Source of the DNA: Octopus bimaculoides
Taxonomy: Eukaryota
Reading direction: 5' to 3'
Length of the DNA stretch: 64,000 nucleotides
Assembly: GCF_001194135.2 (NCBI RefSeq)
Contig: NC_068994.1
Coordinates: forward strand, 39,904,097-39,968,096
Shown: piece after piece, positions 1 through 13,295 of the stretch
Numbering within the stretch: the stretch's first letter is position 1
Layout: each line of letters starts with the position of its first letter
Program-made: the position numbers and the translations under genes
Notes under the pieces: model-generated
The model's database searches: none
Seen by the model: only the letters and a program-made list of their open reading frames with translations
Told to the model about the DNA's origin: nothing

Positions 1-1104
1 GAATAGGCTTCTATTTATTCTACCTTCTATGCTTGCATGGTTTGAAAATTTCATGTTATCTATGCATGTCTCTTTTATTGCTTTGTTTCATTAGGAATTT
101 CACTGCAAATTCTCTGCTCTCTAGTTGGATGTTTCGTGACAGTTAGATTCCAACTTATATAGCTTGCGATCAAATTGTATCTTCTCTTTAATGCATTACT
201 AACGTGACATATAACCCCTAGAGTTCTGTAGATTTCTTCCAAAATCCAATTATGTTGCAGTCACTTCTAATCATCCTAGCTATACTTTATCTTCTGATCT
301 AAATATTCCAGACAATCTTCTGTAAATACAGTTTCTTATGAGAACTAAATTCTTATAAATGTTTCTTCATTTAAAAAAAAAGGGAGGGGGAGGAAATATA
401 ACATAACTCTTTAATAGAAGAGGATCTTCACAGTCAATGGATCACATCAAACCAAGAAATCATAGCCATAATGGCTTGACTTACTGAAACTGAATTCAAT
501 TCCATTTATATAACTGCTTATTTAATTCCATGATTAATAAATCATCAATGAGCTCTTCTTGTTTAAAATTTGATGGGATATTCAACTCTTTTGGCTCTAA
601 ATACTCGTTCATTGTTCTAAAACTCTTAGTAACTAGAAATGTTGCTAATCATTATCACCACCACCAACCAGTGCTGCTGCTGCTGCTAGCAGCATCTTCA
701 TTGTTTTTACATCCTTCACTTCATGTCATCAAGGGTTAGAAGAAATTTCATTGAGACAGATTCTCCATGCGTAGATTCTTTTTCTGTTACCAAACCATAT
801 GTTTTCCAAGTAAGGCATAATTTTTTTTAATTTTCACCACCCTTCATATGTCTGCAGTTAGAAACATCTATTCACTGCAGAAAGCAAACAATGCCATGGT
901 CTTTCATTCAAACACTGTAATAGCAGCCATTCATTGACTTTTATGCACATTACCCTATGCTTCTCATACACACACGTATAGGTACACACACATATATGTA
1001 CACTCACATACATATGCATGCGATGGGCTTCCTTGTAGTCTCTCCCAAGGTATCAGTGGATGACCTGTTAGAAAGTTGGTAAGATTCCATACAGATTTGA
1101 TCTG

Positions 1105-1336
1105 ACGGTGAGCTGGCAGAAACATTAGCACGCCGGGCGAAATGCTTAGCGGTACTTCGTCTGCCGCTACGTTTTGAGTTCAAATTCCGCAGAGGCTGAC
1201 TTTGCCTTTCATCCTTTTGGGGGTCGATTAAATAAGTACTAGTTATGCACTGGGGTCGATATAATCGACTTAATCCATTTGTCTGTCCTTGTTTGTCCCC
1301 TCTGTGTGTAGCTCCTTGTGGGTAGTAAAGAAATAA
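1105..1336 (+). mobile_element. tRNA-derived SINE, dominant family (Meta-domain-like core), representative copy
   Basis: Head gagctggcagaa...gagttcaaattcc, core gactttgcctttcatccttttggggtcgat..aagtac. About 30 copies in the window, e.g. 3405-3610(-), 5195-5410(-), 8325-8505(+), 8890-9130(+), 9250-9480(+), 15960-16190(+), 27060-27200(-), 52560-52750(-), 62780-62935(-). Confidence 0.85.
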
Positions 1337-2105
1337 GATTTGATCTGGCTCTTTGCATTCTGATAGTGACACCTGAGATGACACTGGTGCTAAGCTGTAT
1401 TAGCTCTAGTTGGTGGCCTTTTCCTTGGATAAAGAATAGTGGTGTGGAGAAAGGAAACTTGCATGCAGGGGAGCAACTGCCAACCTTCCTCAAAAGATCT
1501 TGCTCATGTCTGCAAACACATATATATAAATGCATGGTTAACCTCATCTTACAGAGGCCCAACAAGGAAATCAGTTATTCAATGCATCATTATCCTCATG
1601 ATCATCATCACTTAACATCCATTTTCCACATTGACATGGATTGGATAGTTTTACAGGAACCAGCTAGCCACAGGGATGCAGCATCAGGCTACAATGTCAG
1701 ATTTGGCATAGTTTCCATGGCTGGATGTCTTTTCTAATGTCAACCATTTTACAGTATGCACAGCATGCATTTTAATATGCTACCAACACTAGTTAGGTTG
1801 CCAAGTAACTTTCAAGACAGGAAAGGAACAGGAAACATAATCTGACATTAATTAATAACAAGTGCGTTAATAGGATACTGTGATTTGATGTGTAATATTG
1901 AATTTAGTAGCCATGAATATGTATAAGAAAGGGGGGGGGGAAATTTGTTATATTGACTAAATATAATTATTTGCAAATAATTTACTTGTCATATAATGTG
2001 CGTCTGAGACATAATATTTTTCTTTTTAAATGCTAAATGAAATATCCAAGTTTTGTAAATATCAATGTGTTATAAATACAAATAATTTATGAAATTATGT
2101 TTCAA

Positions 2106-2145
<40 letters not shown>

Positions 2146-2373
2146 NNNNNNNNNNNNNNNNNNNNNNNNNNNNNNNNNNNNNNNNNNNNNNNNNNNNNNN
2201 NNNNNNNNNATATATCATAAATATACAGGGATTAGCATTGAGTTGCTTCTCCAACATACTGAAAATTTAGAAATAGTAGTCAAAGAACTACTGATTCTAA
2301 ACTACAAATTTTTCTCTAAATGGATAATTCTATTATTAATTGACGATTCCCTGCCCTTATTCTTGTATATTTT

Positions 2374-2408
<35 letters not shown>

Positions 2409-2656
2409 AACGAAAATTTGTTAGAGAAATCTGCTGGGATTAAATTACTTCCAGAAGCAGTAAATGATTTTACGAAAATTGATTTGATTTAGTTTTAAGA
2501 CTAAGACAAAATAAGAGTAACATAACAGATACTATGTTCGTTTCTCTTCATTATACCTAATATGCTATTACAGTTGCTACTGCAGTAGTTGTATATCCAA
2601 ACAAATACTTTGCAGTCTATAATTTTACCTCTCTGAGCTCTAAGCTAAGATCTCAT

Positions 2657-2690
<34 letters not shown>

Positions 2691-3727
2691 CAGCAGCAGC
2701 AGTTGTTTTTGTAATTTTTGTTGTTTAACCCCTGGTCAGCTTTGATTGAGTCTGTCTAGTGATTAAAAGCCTTCCACTTGCAGCCACTACATCTATCCAG
2801 TGTTTTCCCATATTTAAAATAGTATGGGGTGTGATTTAAGAGGAGAGAGTAAACTTATGATCAAAAAGTATTTAAACCATGACTTCCCTATATTTTCTGA
2901 CAAAATTCATAGTTTACAAGCCTAGTTCATCTTGGAGTACATCATCAAATATGTCCTTCCTCTTAAGAAATTAAAAAAAAAATTACCGGAAGTGAATTGA
3001 GAGATATTTAACTATTATTTCTATTAGACCCAGCAATCCTGTTAAAGTTCCATCTCTGAAACATCATATCATATAGTTTTGGTGGATTGGCAAAACTTTA
3101 GAGAGGCAGATAAAATACTTTAGAATTTCTAGTTATGGCCCTTTATATTCTGAATCAAAATATCATTGAGGTCAACTTTGCCGTTCACTTCATGAAAATG
3201 ATAAAATATAGTATCATTGCAAATATTGGGGCTTACTGAATCAGCTAACGCCTTGCTCTACAAAATATCTATGACCTTGAGCCTATGGAAGAAATGGTAT
3301 TAATGGTATTTGTGTGTGTATGTGTGTTGGTTTGACCTGAAGAAGGCGGTTGTATTCGTGGCTTTGCAAGCTTTCCATGTCTGGAAATAAAAAAATAATC
3401 CTTTCTACTGGAAGCACAAGGCCTCAAATTAGGGGGAAGGGATTAATTCAGTTACATCGACCCCAGTGTGTAAATGGTATTCATTCAATCGACCCTGAAA
3501 GGATGAAAGGCAAAGTCAACCTTAGTGGAATCTGAACTCAGAACATAGCGGCAGATGCTAAGCATTTCACCAGGCGTGCTAACGATTCTGCCAGCTCACT
3601 GCCTTGGTAAAATAAAAAAATAAGAAATGCATCTGATGGCCATGTATTCCTGATGAAACAATGGTGAAGAAGTACTTCTGTTTTCTCTCAATAAATGCAT
3701 ACACACATTCACACACACACGAAAAAT

Positions 3728-3759
<32 letters not shown>

Positions 3760-4604
3760 GCATATGCACACACATATGTATGTGGGTGTGGGTATGTATT
3801 TGCAATGCATAAATAATATGATAACGAAACGGAAACTAGTACCAAATGTAATTATTTTTAAAAATAAAAGATATTGAACAATATCAAATACAAGTAAAAG
3901 ACAAATAAATAAATATATAAATATATTCAGATGTGATTGAGCACTGATAGATTTTGGTAGCAGATTTTTCTCTACTTTTTCATTATTTCATTTCTATCTC
4001 TTTCTCTCTCACCCTTTCTCACACTCACGTATTCTCTCTCCCATTTTCTTTTTCTTTTTTTAGAATTTTTATTTTGAAACTAGTGGACATAAAAACACAT
4101 ACAGAAAGACACATGCTAGGCAGATTTGACAGGAGTGTAATTTAAATGAAATATATGTGATGGAAATAATAGTTACAGATTTGATCAGAGTAAAGTAAAT
4201 TAAGAATTAATATCATTTCCTTAATGAATTAAAAAATGGCAAGCATAGTATTACAAAATAGAAAATAGAAAAATAATTTGTATCATTTAATGTGACAGAA
4301 TCCATGTCACTTCTGTTATTTCTGAAACACAGACATGTACACATACATACATACATACATACATGTATACATAGGTGCATACATACATGTATGCATACAT
4401 TCATATATGCATACATGCATACAAACAGGCAGACGTACAAACATACACCACAAGTAACAATAAATAGAATTACAAGCCAATGAGAAGGCCTCTATGTGGT
4501 TGCTAAAACTGGTAGAAATAGTGGTTTAATCTCTCTCAAAACACACATTTCACCATCTTAGAAACAAGGTAAGACATATTAGATGAAACATACACCTGCA
4601 TGAA

Positions 4605-4945
4605 TGTGCATCACTCAGTGATTAGCACATCAGACTCACAACCATGAGGTAGTGAGTTCGATTCCTGGACCAGGTTGTGTTCTTGAGCAAGGCACTTTAT
4701 TTCATGTTGCACCAATTCACTCAGCTGTAGAAATGATTTGTGATATCACTGGTGCCAAGCTGTATCAGCCTTTGCCTTTCCCTTGGATAACATCAGTAGC
4801 ATAGAGAGAGGAGGCTGGTATGCATGGGTGACTGTTGGTCTTCCATAAACAACCTTGTCTGGACTTGTGCCTTAGAAGGGAACTTTCTAGGTGCAATCCC
4901 ATGATCATCCATGACCAAAAGAGGTCTTTACCCCTTACACCTACA
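4605..4945 (+). mobile_element. Third tRNA-derived SINE family (CORE-like ttcttgagcaaggcactttatttc), representative
   Basis: B box gagttcgattcct. Related heads at about 16720-17030 (+) and 58790-59086 (-). Confidence 0.7.
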
Positions 4946-7900
4946 TAGACCAATGGTCAGCTTGATGAGGCATGATGTAGGGCTAAACCCTAATAACAAG
5001 ATGCAATAAAAATGAACATCTTTGTTGTCATCCAACATACTAAAAATAGTATCCCTCATCATACTACTACAATCTTTAAAGGGCTGCACTAGCAAAGGAC
5101 TGGCATGCCTTATAAGCTACATAGATTGCAATAACATGAACTGAAGGGTTTTCTTCAATGACACAAAGCACCACCTTAGCAGTAAACAGCATTCTGAATT
5201 CAAATTTTGGCACAAGGCCAGCAATTTCAGGGGAGGAAGTAAGTCAATTACATTGACCCCAGTGCTCAACTGACATTCATTTTATTGACCACAAAAGGAT
5301 GAAAGCCAAAGTAGACTTCAGTGGAATTTGAACTCAGAACACGAAGACAGATGAAATACTACTATGCATTTTACCTGATGTGCTAACAATGCTGCCAGCT
5401 CGCCGTCATAGCAGTGAACAACATATTAATGGCCAAATCATAAGATAATTTTTCTTTTCATTCCTTAAATGTCTTTTAACATATAACACAGTTAATATTT
5501 CAAAATCTAAAATAAATATATAAATATTCGATCCATTGAATGTCGATTCTTCTGCTAGTTCCAAGTATTGAAAGTGTCTAGCTGAGAAGAATTCTATCAC
5601 ATTTCTTGGCATAAAAAAAAAAGAGTAACAAAGAATAGCCACTTTACTTTGTTTAAATGTCTGTTAATGAAGAGTTCATATCTACTGCATAACTATGCTA
5701 CTAATTTGATATGTTAATTAAATCTGCACATTAAAATATTGAATGTTCCTTGTATCATTTTTGGTTAAGTAGACTTTACAAAACTACTGAAGTGCTTTAT
5801 CTGCAACACTAAATCAAGAAGTGACTGTGACAGATCTTTTTCAGTATTATCGAGATAATTCAAATATTTAAAATTTCAGATCATACAGAAAGTAAAAGAA
5901 AAGACTTTTATTGAAAATTACTGAACATTTTTTTATCAATATAATTTTTTATCAATTTTATGTGGAGTTATCAATATAACTCACACATGTTTTTTAAACA
6001 GAAACCATACTATTTGACATGAACTAATACAATCACTAAAAGTATATTTCACTGCTGTTGCTGCATCATCACCACCACCACCACCACTACTACCAGCTGT
6101 AGCAGTAGCAGCAGCATCAACATCATGATGACCACCACCACCACCACCACCAAAACTGTACAAGTTTTCAAGCAAACCACACAGGAACATTGGTACTCAT
6201 CTCCATTTTGGGTGAGTATATATATAATATATATATAATATATANNNNNNNNNNTAAAAATTAGAAATAATACATTTCTAAATCTCTCAAAGAGACTTAA
6301 GCAGTAGTGATGCGATAAAGTAGTTGTATACTGCCAACTTAACGTGACAGTCCCAATAAGGGAATATACTACTGCTATTTAGCCCTAGGAAGCTGGACCG
6401 CTTCCTGTCGGCGTTGACACATTTGATATATATATATATATATATATATATCAAATATATATTCACATATATAAATATTTATAATCAAGGGTACGAGACA
6501 GTACTAGCATTGCTACAAATAAGAGTCAAAACAACTCAAAATTCAGTTACCACTTATAAACACTGGTGAATTCGAGGAAACAAGTAAATAGAAAAACCAA
6601 CTTACACACACAGACATGCACGCACACACACACACGCACACATGTACACACACACACACACATACATATGTATATGTACATCTCAACTATGTGTGCATGT
6701 CTTTGACTGCATTTATCACCCCTCCAATAGCTAGACAACCAGTGCAACTTACATCCCCAAAAGAGACTGATAAAATAAGTACCAAACTTAAATAAGATAT
6801 AAGCAATGGATTGATTTGATCAACTAAAACCCTCCAGCATGGTCACAGTCCAATGTTTGAAACAAGTAAAAGATAAAAGATATCTTGCACTAATCTTTAA
6901 AACGTTGTCATGTTCATCTCTAAATTAGGCTTCCAGGGGTCCCCCGATTATTTCTTGTTATAACACATAGGCAACCTATATCTGACAATTGTAGTGAATT
7001 GAAAAGTAACATTCTTGAAATTACTTCAAATGTTTTCTAGAACATACTTTTCAATTTAAGCAATGAAGAATTTCTTTAAAAACATTTAAAATCTTGAAGC
7101 TAAAATCCAGAGACTTATAACTGAATTTATTTTCTGAATTACATTACACAGGAAATAGTAGCATTTCCTAATTAAATTGTTGTCTATCTTGCATATAAGC
7201 ACTGAGAGATCTTAGTTTCATGTTACCTCTTATTACTGAGAAATAAAAAGATTATATTTCTTGATGTTCAGGAATGATTAGCCTGAAATGAAGTCCATAA
7301 GCAGACTGGTGTATTTGATTGTTTCTCTTACATAGGTAATCTAATTAGTGCTGGAATTTGTGGTGTATAACAGGTAAGGTAAGAAAGAGAGATATAAGTT
7401 TGTTTCCTCTTTTGGTAAAAAGGAACTTCTCTCACTAGAGAAAAAGCAGTCTGTATGAAGTATGGGGAAATCATATATTATATGTAAGCAAGCTATGGGC
7501 TTCAAAAGATAAAGGGAAATGAAGTGGGCATAATTTGTTGGGGGATGTCTTGTTAACTACTAGGTACAGTGTAACACTATTGAATCGAGTAAGAGAGATT
7601 GGCTTTAAAAACATTGTTTGCTGTATGCAGGTAAGATAACCATACCGATGATGTAGGTGCACAATGAATGCTGTGGGAAGAAATGTTACATATATGCTTA
7701 TAAACTGTTTCTAATATAGGAACATGATCGGCTTGACTACTATTTTATTTCATTGACTCTGCAGGGATGAAAGGCAAGGTTGACTTTGGTAGGGTTTGAA
7801 CTCAGAATGCAATCCCCCACCAAAAAAATGGAAGAAATAATGCAAAGCATTTTTGTTGGTGCTTTAATGCTTCTTCTAGCCTTCCATTTTTATATAGGCT

Positions 7901-8506
7901 AATAATAAAAAATATCCATGACAGAGAAAGACTGATAGAAATGGTTTTATGATTAGTCTTTACGTCCCATGACCCATGCCAGCATGGAAGAACAGATGTT
8001 AAAAACATTATCACCACCACCACCACCACCACCACCTCCAACCACAACCACCACCACCATCATCAAGGATGCTGGATAAGCAGAATCTTAGGACATGAAA
8101 CAAAATGTCTTACACTATTTAGTTATAACTCTCTATATTCTTAATTCAAACCCTGCTGAAGTAAATTTTGTATTTCATTATTGATTGATTGATTGATTAG
8201 GTAATGATTGATTAAAAAATACTTGTTAAATATTAGGATAAAATTGACTAATTTTTCCCTGAAAAAATTGCTGGATTTGTGCATAAATCAAAAAGAATTA
8301 TCGTTATTAGTATGATGAAAAGGATGAGCTGGCTGAGTCATTGCCATAGAGTGCAAAATCCTTAGCAGCATTTATTTTGGCAACTAGGGTCGACTTTGTC
8401 GGTTATTTTTTTCAGTGTCAAGGCAATAACTATCAGTTGAACACTGAGCTCAATGTCATTAACTTCCCCCAACTCCTTCCAAGACTTGTGCCAAAATTTG
8501 AAACCA

Positions 8507-8877
8507 TTATTACCACAGCCTTAGTGAAGGCGGAGGTATTGTTTTCAGTTGCGTTTGCTTGTTTCTCAATGGACAAGATATCTCAAGAACCGCTGGATGG
8601 ATTCAGATGAAACTTTCAGGGATGTTTGGCCTCGTGACTGGCATGAACTGATCAGATTTTGGGATCAATCTGGTACCAGACAAGAATTCTGAATTATCTT
8701 GCCTGTTTTTTTACTTAATTTTTGAGAGCGGTCAGGTTCATTTTTAGTATTCTTGTTTGTGAGAGCAGTCAAGTTTATTTCAGCTATTCTCATTTTTAAA
8801 ATCATCTCTGGCTAATCGTTGAGAGGACGTTGGTGTTGCCTTGGCAGAAGTTTGTGCCCTTTGATTGCTCTTATTGT
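8507..8877 (+). mobile_element. Helentron-associated non-autonomous element (HINE/DINE-1-like), copy 1
   Basis: Begins TTATTACC...GGCGGAGGT hairpin, core ggatggattcagatgaaactttcagggatg, ends ccttggcagaagtttgtgc. Colinear with 34962-35322. Confidence 0.65.
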
Positions 8878-9220
8878 TATGATTATTATTATTATCAAGG
8901 CAGTGTGCTGGCATAGTCGTTGGCACATTGGATGAAATGCCTAGTGGTATTTCGCCCATTGATATGTTCTGCATTCAAATTCTGCTGAGGATGACTTGCT
9001 GAGGTTGACTTTACCTTTCATCCTTATGAGGTTAATAAAATAAGTACCAGTTGAACACTGGGATCGATGCAATCGACTCATCCCCACCTCCCCCAAGCTA
9101 CCCCGTGGCAAAAATTTGTAATAATAATAATTATTATTATTATTATTATTGTAGATGTAATTGACTTAAAACATCTCTCGAACTTGGTGGCCTTTCACAA
9201 ATTTAAAATCATCATCATCA

Positions 9221-9255
<35 letters not shown>

Positions 9256-11955
9256 CATCATTCTGGTAGAATTGTTAGCACACCTAGCAAAAATGCTTAG
9301 TGGTATTTAATCCATCTTCACATTCTGAGTTCAAATTCTGCTGAGTCTGACTTTGCCTTTCATCCTTTTGGTGTGTGTGGGGGGGGGCGATAAATTTATA
9401 CACTGGGGTTGATCTAATCGACTGGTTCCCTCCCCACAAAAATTTCAGGCCTTGTGCTTACAGTATAACGGATTATCATCATCATATCATCATTGTTGTT
9501 GTTGTTGTTGTTGTTATTATTAAGCAAATAACAGCAGCAGGAGAAATATTATTCTGTTGTTTCAATCATTAATCAGAGTCTTCCAGAATTTATATATTCT
9601 ATTATAATCTTGAAATTTCAGCAGCCAGTTTTATAGATTTTGGTTGGATACATAAGAATTGCAATAAACGATATCTTTTAGAGTGAATGTGTTAATAATT
9701 TAGATATTATCATGATCTTTTATGCGAAAATACAGAAATAATTTATTAGGAGGTAGAAAAGTGTAGAAACAATCATTTGTATATTTTGTTATTTAATTTT
9801 CAACACATGAATACTGTGTAACTTGATAAAATGAAATTATTTCCAATATTTTCATTTTTTTTATTTATTAGATGCAACTTGGAATTGAATTATGTAAGTT
9901 TCTTGATGTAAACAAATTCAAATTTGCAATATTTTATATATGTATTTCTAGCTCAGTAGGAACTAACTTTGGAATACCTTAAGCTTTGAAAAGCTATTAG
10001 AATTATACTACAAATAAATGTAGGCTAGTGCAGGTGCTTTTCTTCAAACTTACCATATTTAGAATAGCACAGATGTCAATTGTTGACAACACCAACCAAA
10101 AATAGACGTCAACCATCCTTTTGTATACTTCTGTGAAACATTGTGCAGAAACCAATCCTATGCATTTGGATGGAAAAGATGTTAAATATCAACCTTGTCA
10201 TTTCATCTCATCGCATCTCTTTCTTCACAATTTTCTCTCTCTTTCACTCACTCTCTCTCTCTCTCTCTCTCTCACTATATATATATTTATTTATATATAT
10301 ATATTTATTTCCTTCTCTCACACTCTTTCCCTCGTTTTCTCACATATGCACATAATGCATAATAAAAGAGAAAATAAAATAAATCTTTGTTGTTTCTGTT
10401 GTTATTATTATCGTCGTCGTCGTCGTCGTCGTCGTCATCGTCATCGTCATCATCATCATCATCATTATTATTATTATCATCAACATCATCATTATTATTA
10501 TTATTATTATCATTATTATTATATTTTCTTTATAGTGCATCAGTGCTGTATTGCAGTGTGTATGGAAACCATTTTCTATATGAATTTGTATTAAACACTG
10601 AATTAATAAGGTTTTTGGTATTTCTGACATTTGGAAAGGTATTAACACCTTTGCAAACATTTTTATTAACCTTTATTTGCTGTGTAATACTATTATCCTA
10701 TTTTATCAGATTTGTTGATTTGGAGAAAGTAGTAGTAGTAGTAGTAGTGGTGGTGACAGCAATGGGGCTTTTGGTAGTGGCGATAATTGTCATAGAGGAT
10801 AGAGGTAGCAGTAGTGGCAGTGATGTTTGTATCAGCAGCTATGATAATGACAGTGGTGCTTTGTGTGTTTAAGTTTTGAGATATCTTTAGTCAATGCATG
10901 CATGTAAGAGTGGGCTTTTCAGCTTTCTTTTTTTTTTACTAACATTATTATATCGATGACATTTGAAAAATTATGATAATATTCTTTTTCAGTTTTATTT
11001 TATTTTTTTTGTTTTTTTTTTTGTGTATTTTCGCAAAATTTTCACTTCTGAAATCATGAGCTGAAACAAATATAGTATTTTGAGAAAACTATGTTTGCCA
11101 TTAATTAATCACAAATTCTGTCGATTAGTCACTTCTTTATTCATTAATTATTTGTTTGTAGGATTCAGTAACTCCCTCACACTCCTGTGATAGCGAATTT
11201 TCAATGCCTCTCTTCTAACATGTTAGGTAGGATACAGAGGTAGTGCTTTGCTGCACCATATAATATGATTATAAATTTTCAAACTATTAACTCCATCATT
11301 AAAACTAATGCATTTTTAATTTTTACATCTACACAACAGTCATGGTTTTGCGGTTAAGAATTTCACTTTGTAACTACATCATTTCAGAGTTTATCCCACT
11401 GCATTGCACTTTCGAAAGTTATTTTCACTATAGCCTCAGTTTCACCAATGCATTGCACATGAAATTTAGAAGAGAGAATCACACAAAAGACTGTTGTGTT
11501 TTGTATGTGTGACTCTGAAGTGACCGTCATAAGGGCCAAAAGTCATTTAAGACTAAATTGTTTTTTCAATCTGTTGTTAAACAGCTAAATTTCTCATGTT
11601 TATATATCTATCACATATATCACATATGTGTTTATATATATCATATAATACCTAAGTACTAAGTCAACTGGCCACTGATACCAAATACAATATTTAACTC
11701 TTATTAGTACCAGTTCTCTGATGCTAAAATATGATGTGTATATAAACATATTGGCTACTTGCTTCTCTGGTATTGGTCAGGTAATTTCAACACCTGTGAT
11801 GAAACCTCAATAAGGATTACAAACTGACGAAGGCATATATATGCATAGATATATATGTGTGTGTGTCTGAGTGTATCCACATGGCTTTATACATACATAC
11901 ATATATACATACATACACACATACATACATACATACATACATACATACATACTTA

Positions 11956-13193
11956 ACAGGTCATTAAGAATGAAAAGTTTGATTTTCTAATGAACCAAGT
12001 TTGACAGTCATTAGATCTAAGCTTTTATCCTGAAAATTCTTTGTTTTACAACATTGAAGAGTTACATCATCACTTTTTGAAATGCAATTTATAGTGTCTG
12101 ATTATATTGTGAACCTATGGATAGATCAAAAATTCGTGTTGTTTATGAATATGAGTTCCATTGTGGAACCAATGCATCCCAGACAGCTCGAAACACCAAT
12201 GAGGTGTTTGGTGAAGATGTGGTAAAGGAGCAAACTGTACGTCAATGGTTTGAGAAGTTCCCGTCTGGTGACTTTAATCTTGAAAATCAGCCCCATGGTA
12301 GACCTGAGACCAAGGTGGATAATGATAAGGTGGAAACTGTAGTAGAAGTAGATACATCTCAAACTATGCATGAGTTAGAGGCAAGGTTGGATGTTTTGAT
12401 TCCAACTGTATTGGACCATCTGAAACAAATCAGCAACATAAAGAATCTGGACAAGTGGGTTCCACACAAACTGAATGAGCATCAACTGACATGTCATCTT
12501 GAAACTTGCTGTTCTTTGCTGCCACGGCATAAAAGTGAACCATTTTTGTCTCATATTGTTACGTTTGATGAAAAATGGGCTCTTTTCAACAATAGCAAGG
12601 ATTCTGCATGGTGGTTGGATAGAGACAAAGTGCTAAAACACAATCCAAAACAGAATATTCACCAAAAGAAGCTAATGGTGTCTCTTTGGTGGTCCAGCGC
12701 TGGTGTCATCCACAACAGCTTCATGAAACCTGGTAAGTCAATTACAGTGGATGTATACATCAACCAGTTGGATGAAATGATGAGTGAACTTGCAATTAAA
12801 CAACCGAGATTGGTCATTAGAGACAAGCCAATTCTCTTGCAAGACAATGCTCAACCATGTTGCACAAAGAACGCTACTCAAATTACAGGAGCTGAATTTG
12901 GAAGTACTCTGTCATCCACTACATTCACCAGACTTTGCACCAACTGACTATCATGTTTTCCAGGCATTAGACAACATTTTGCAAGGAAAAAATTTCAAAT
13001 CTGAAGAAGATGCAAAAACAGCCTTTCATGATTTTATCCCTTCTTGCTCTCCAGAAAAATAAGATATCAACAAAATGGCAAAATTGTGTTGATAATTTAG
13101 GTGCAAACTTTGATTAACTGCATTGCTTTTTGTTGAGATAGAGTAAAATATACTTTAAGTTCAAAATTGGACATTTCATTCTTAATGACCTGA
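11956..13193 (+). mobile_element. Full-length inactive mariner transposon (D34D, Hsmar1/cecropia-like)
   Basis: TIR core CAGGTCATTAAGAATGAAA at 11957-11975, inverted at 13174-13192, with TA at both flanks. Transposase from 12117: HTH region, WVPHKL, TFDEKW, LLQDNAQP, then a frameshift near 12858 into HPLHSPDFAPTDYHVF, stop at 13062. Confidence 0.93.
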
Positions 13194-13262
13194 TATANNN
13201 NNNNNNNNNNNNNNNNNNNNNNNNNNNNNNNNNNNNNNNNNNNNNNNNNNNNNNNNNNNNNN

Positions 13263-13295
<33 letters not shown>

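Noticed and set aside
485-635. Minus frame FRTMNEYLEPKELNIPSNFKQEELIDDLL...* near a GTAAGT donor
   Set aside because: A stop precedes the donor, there is no similarity to the KPLPALP tail, and the acceptor is ambiguous.
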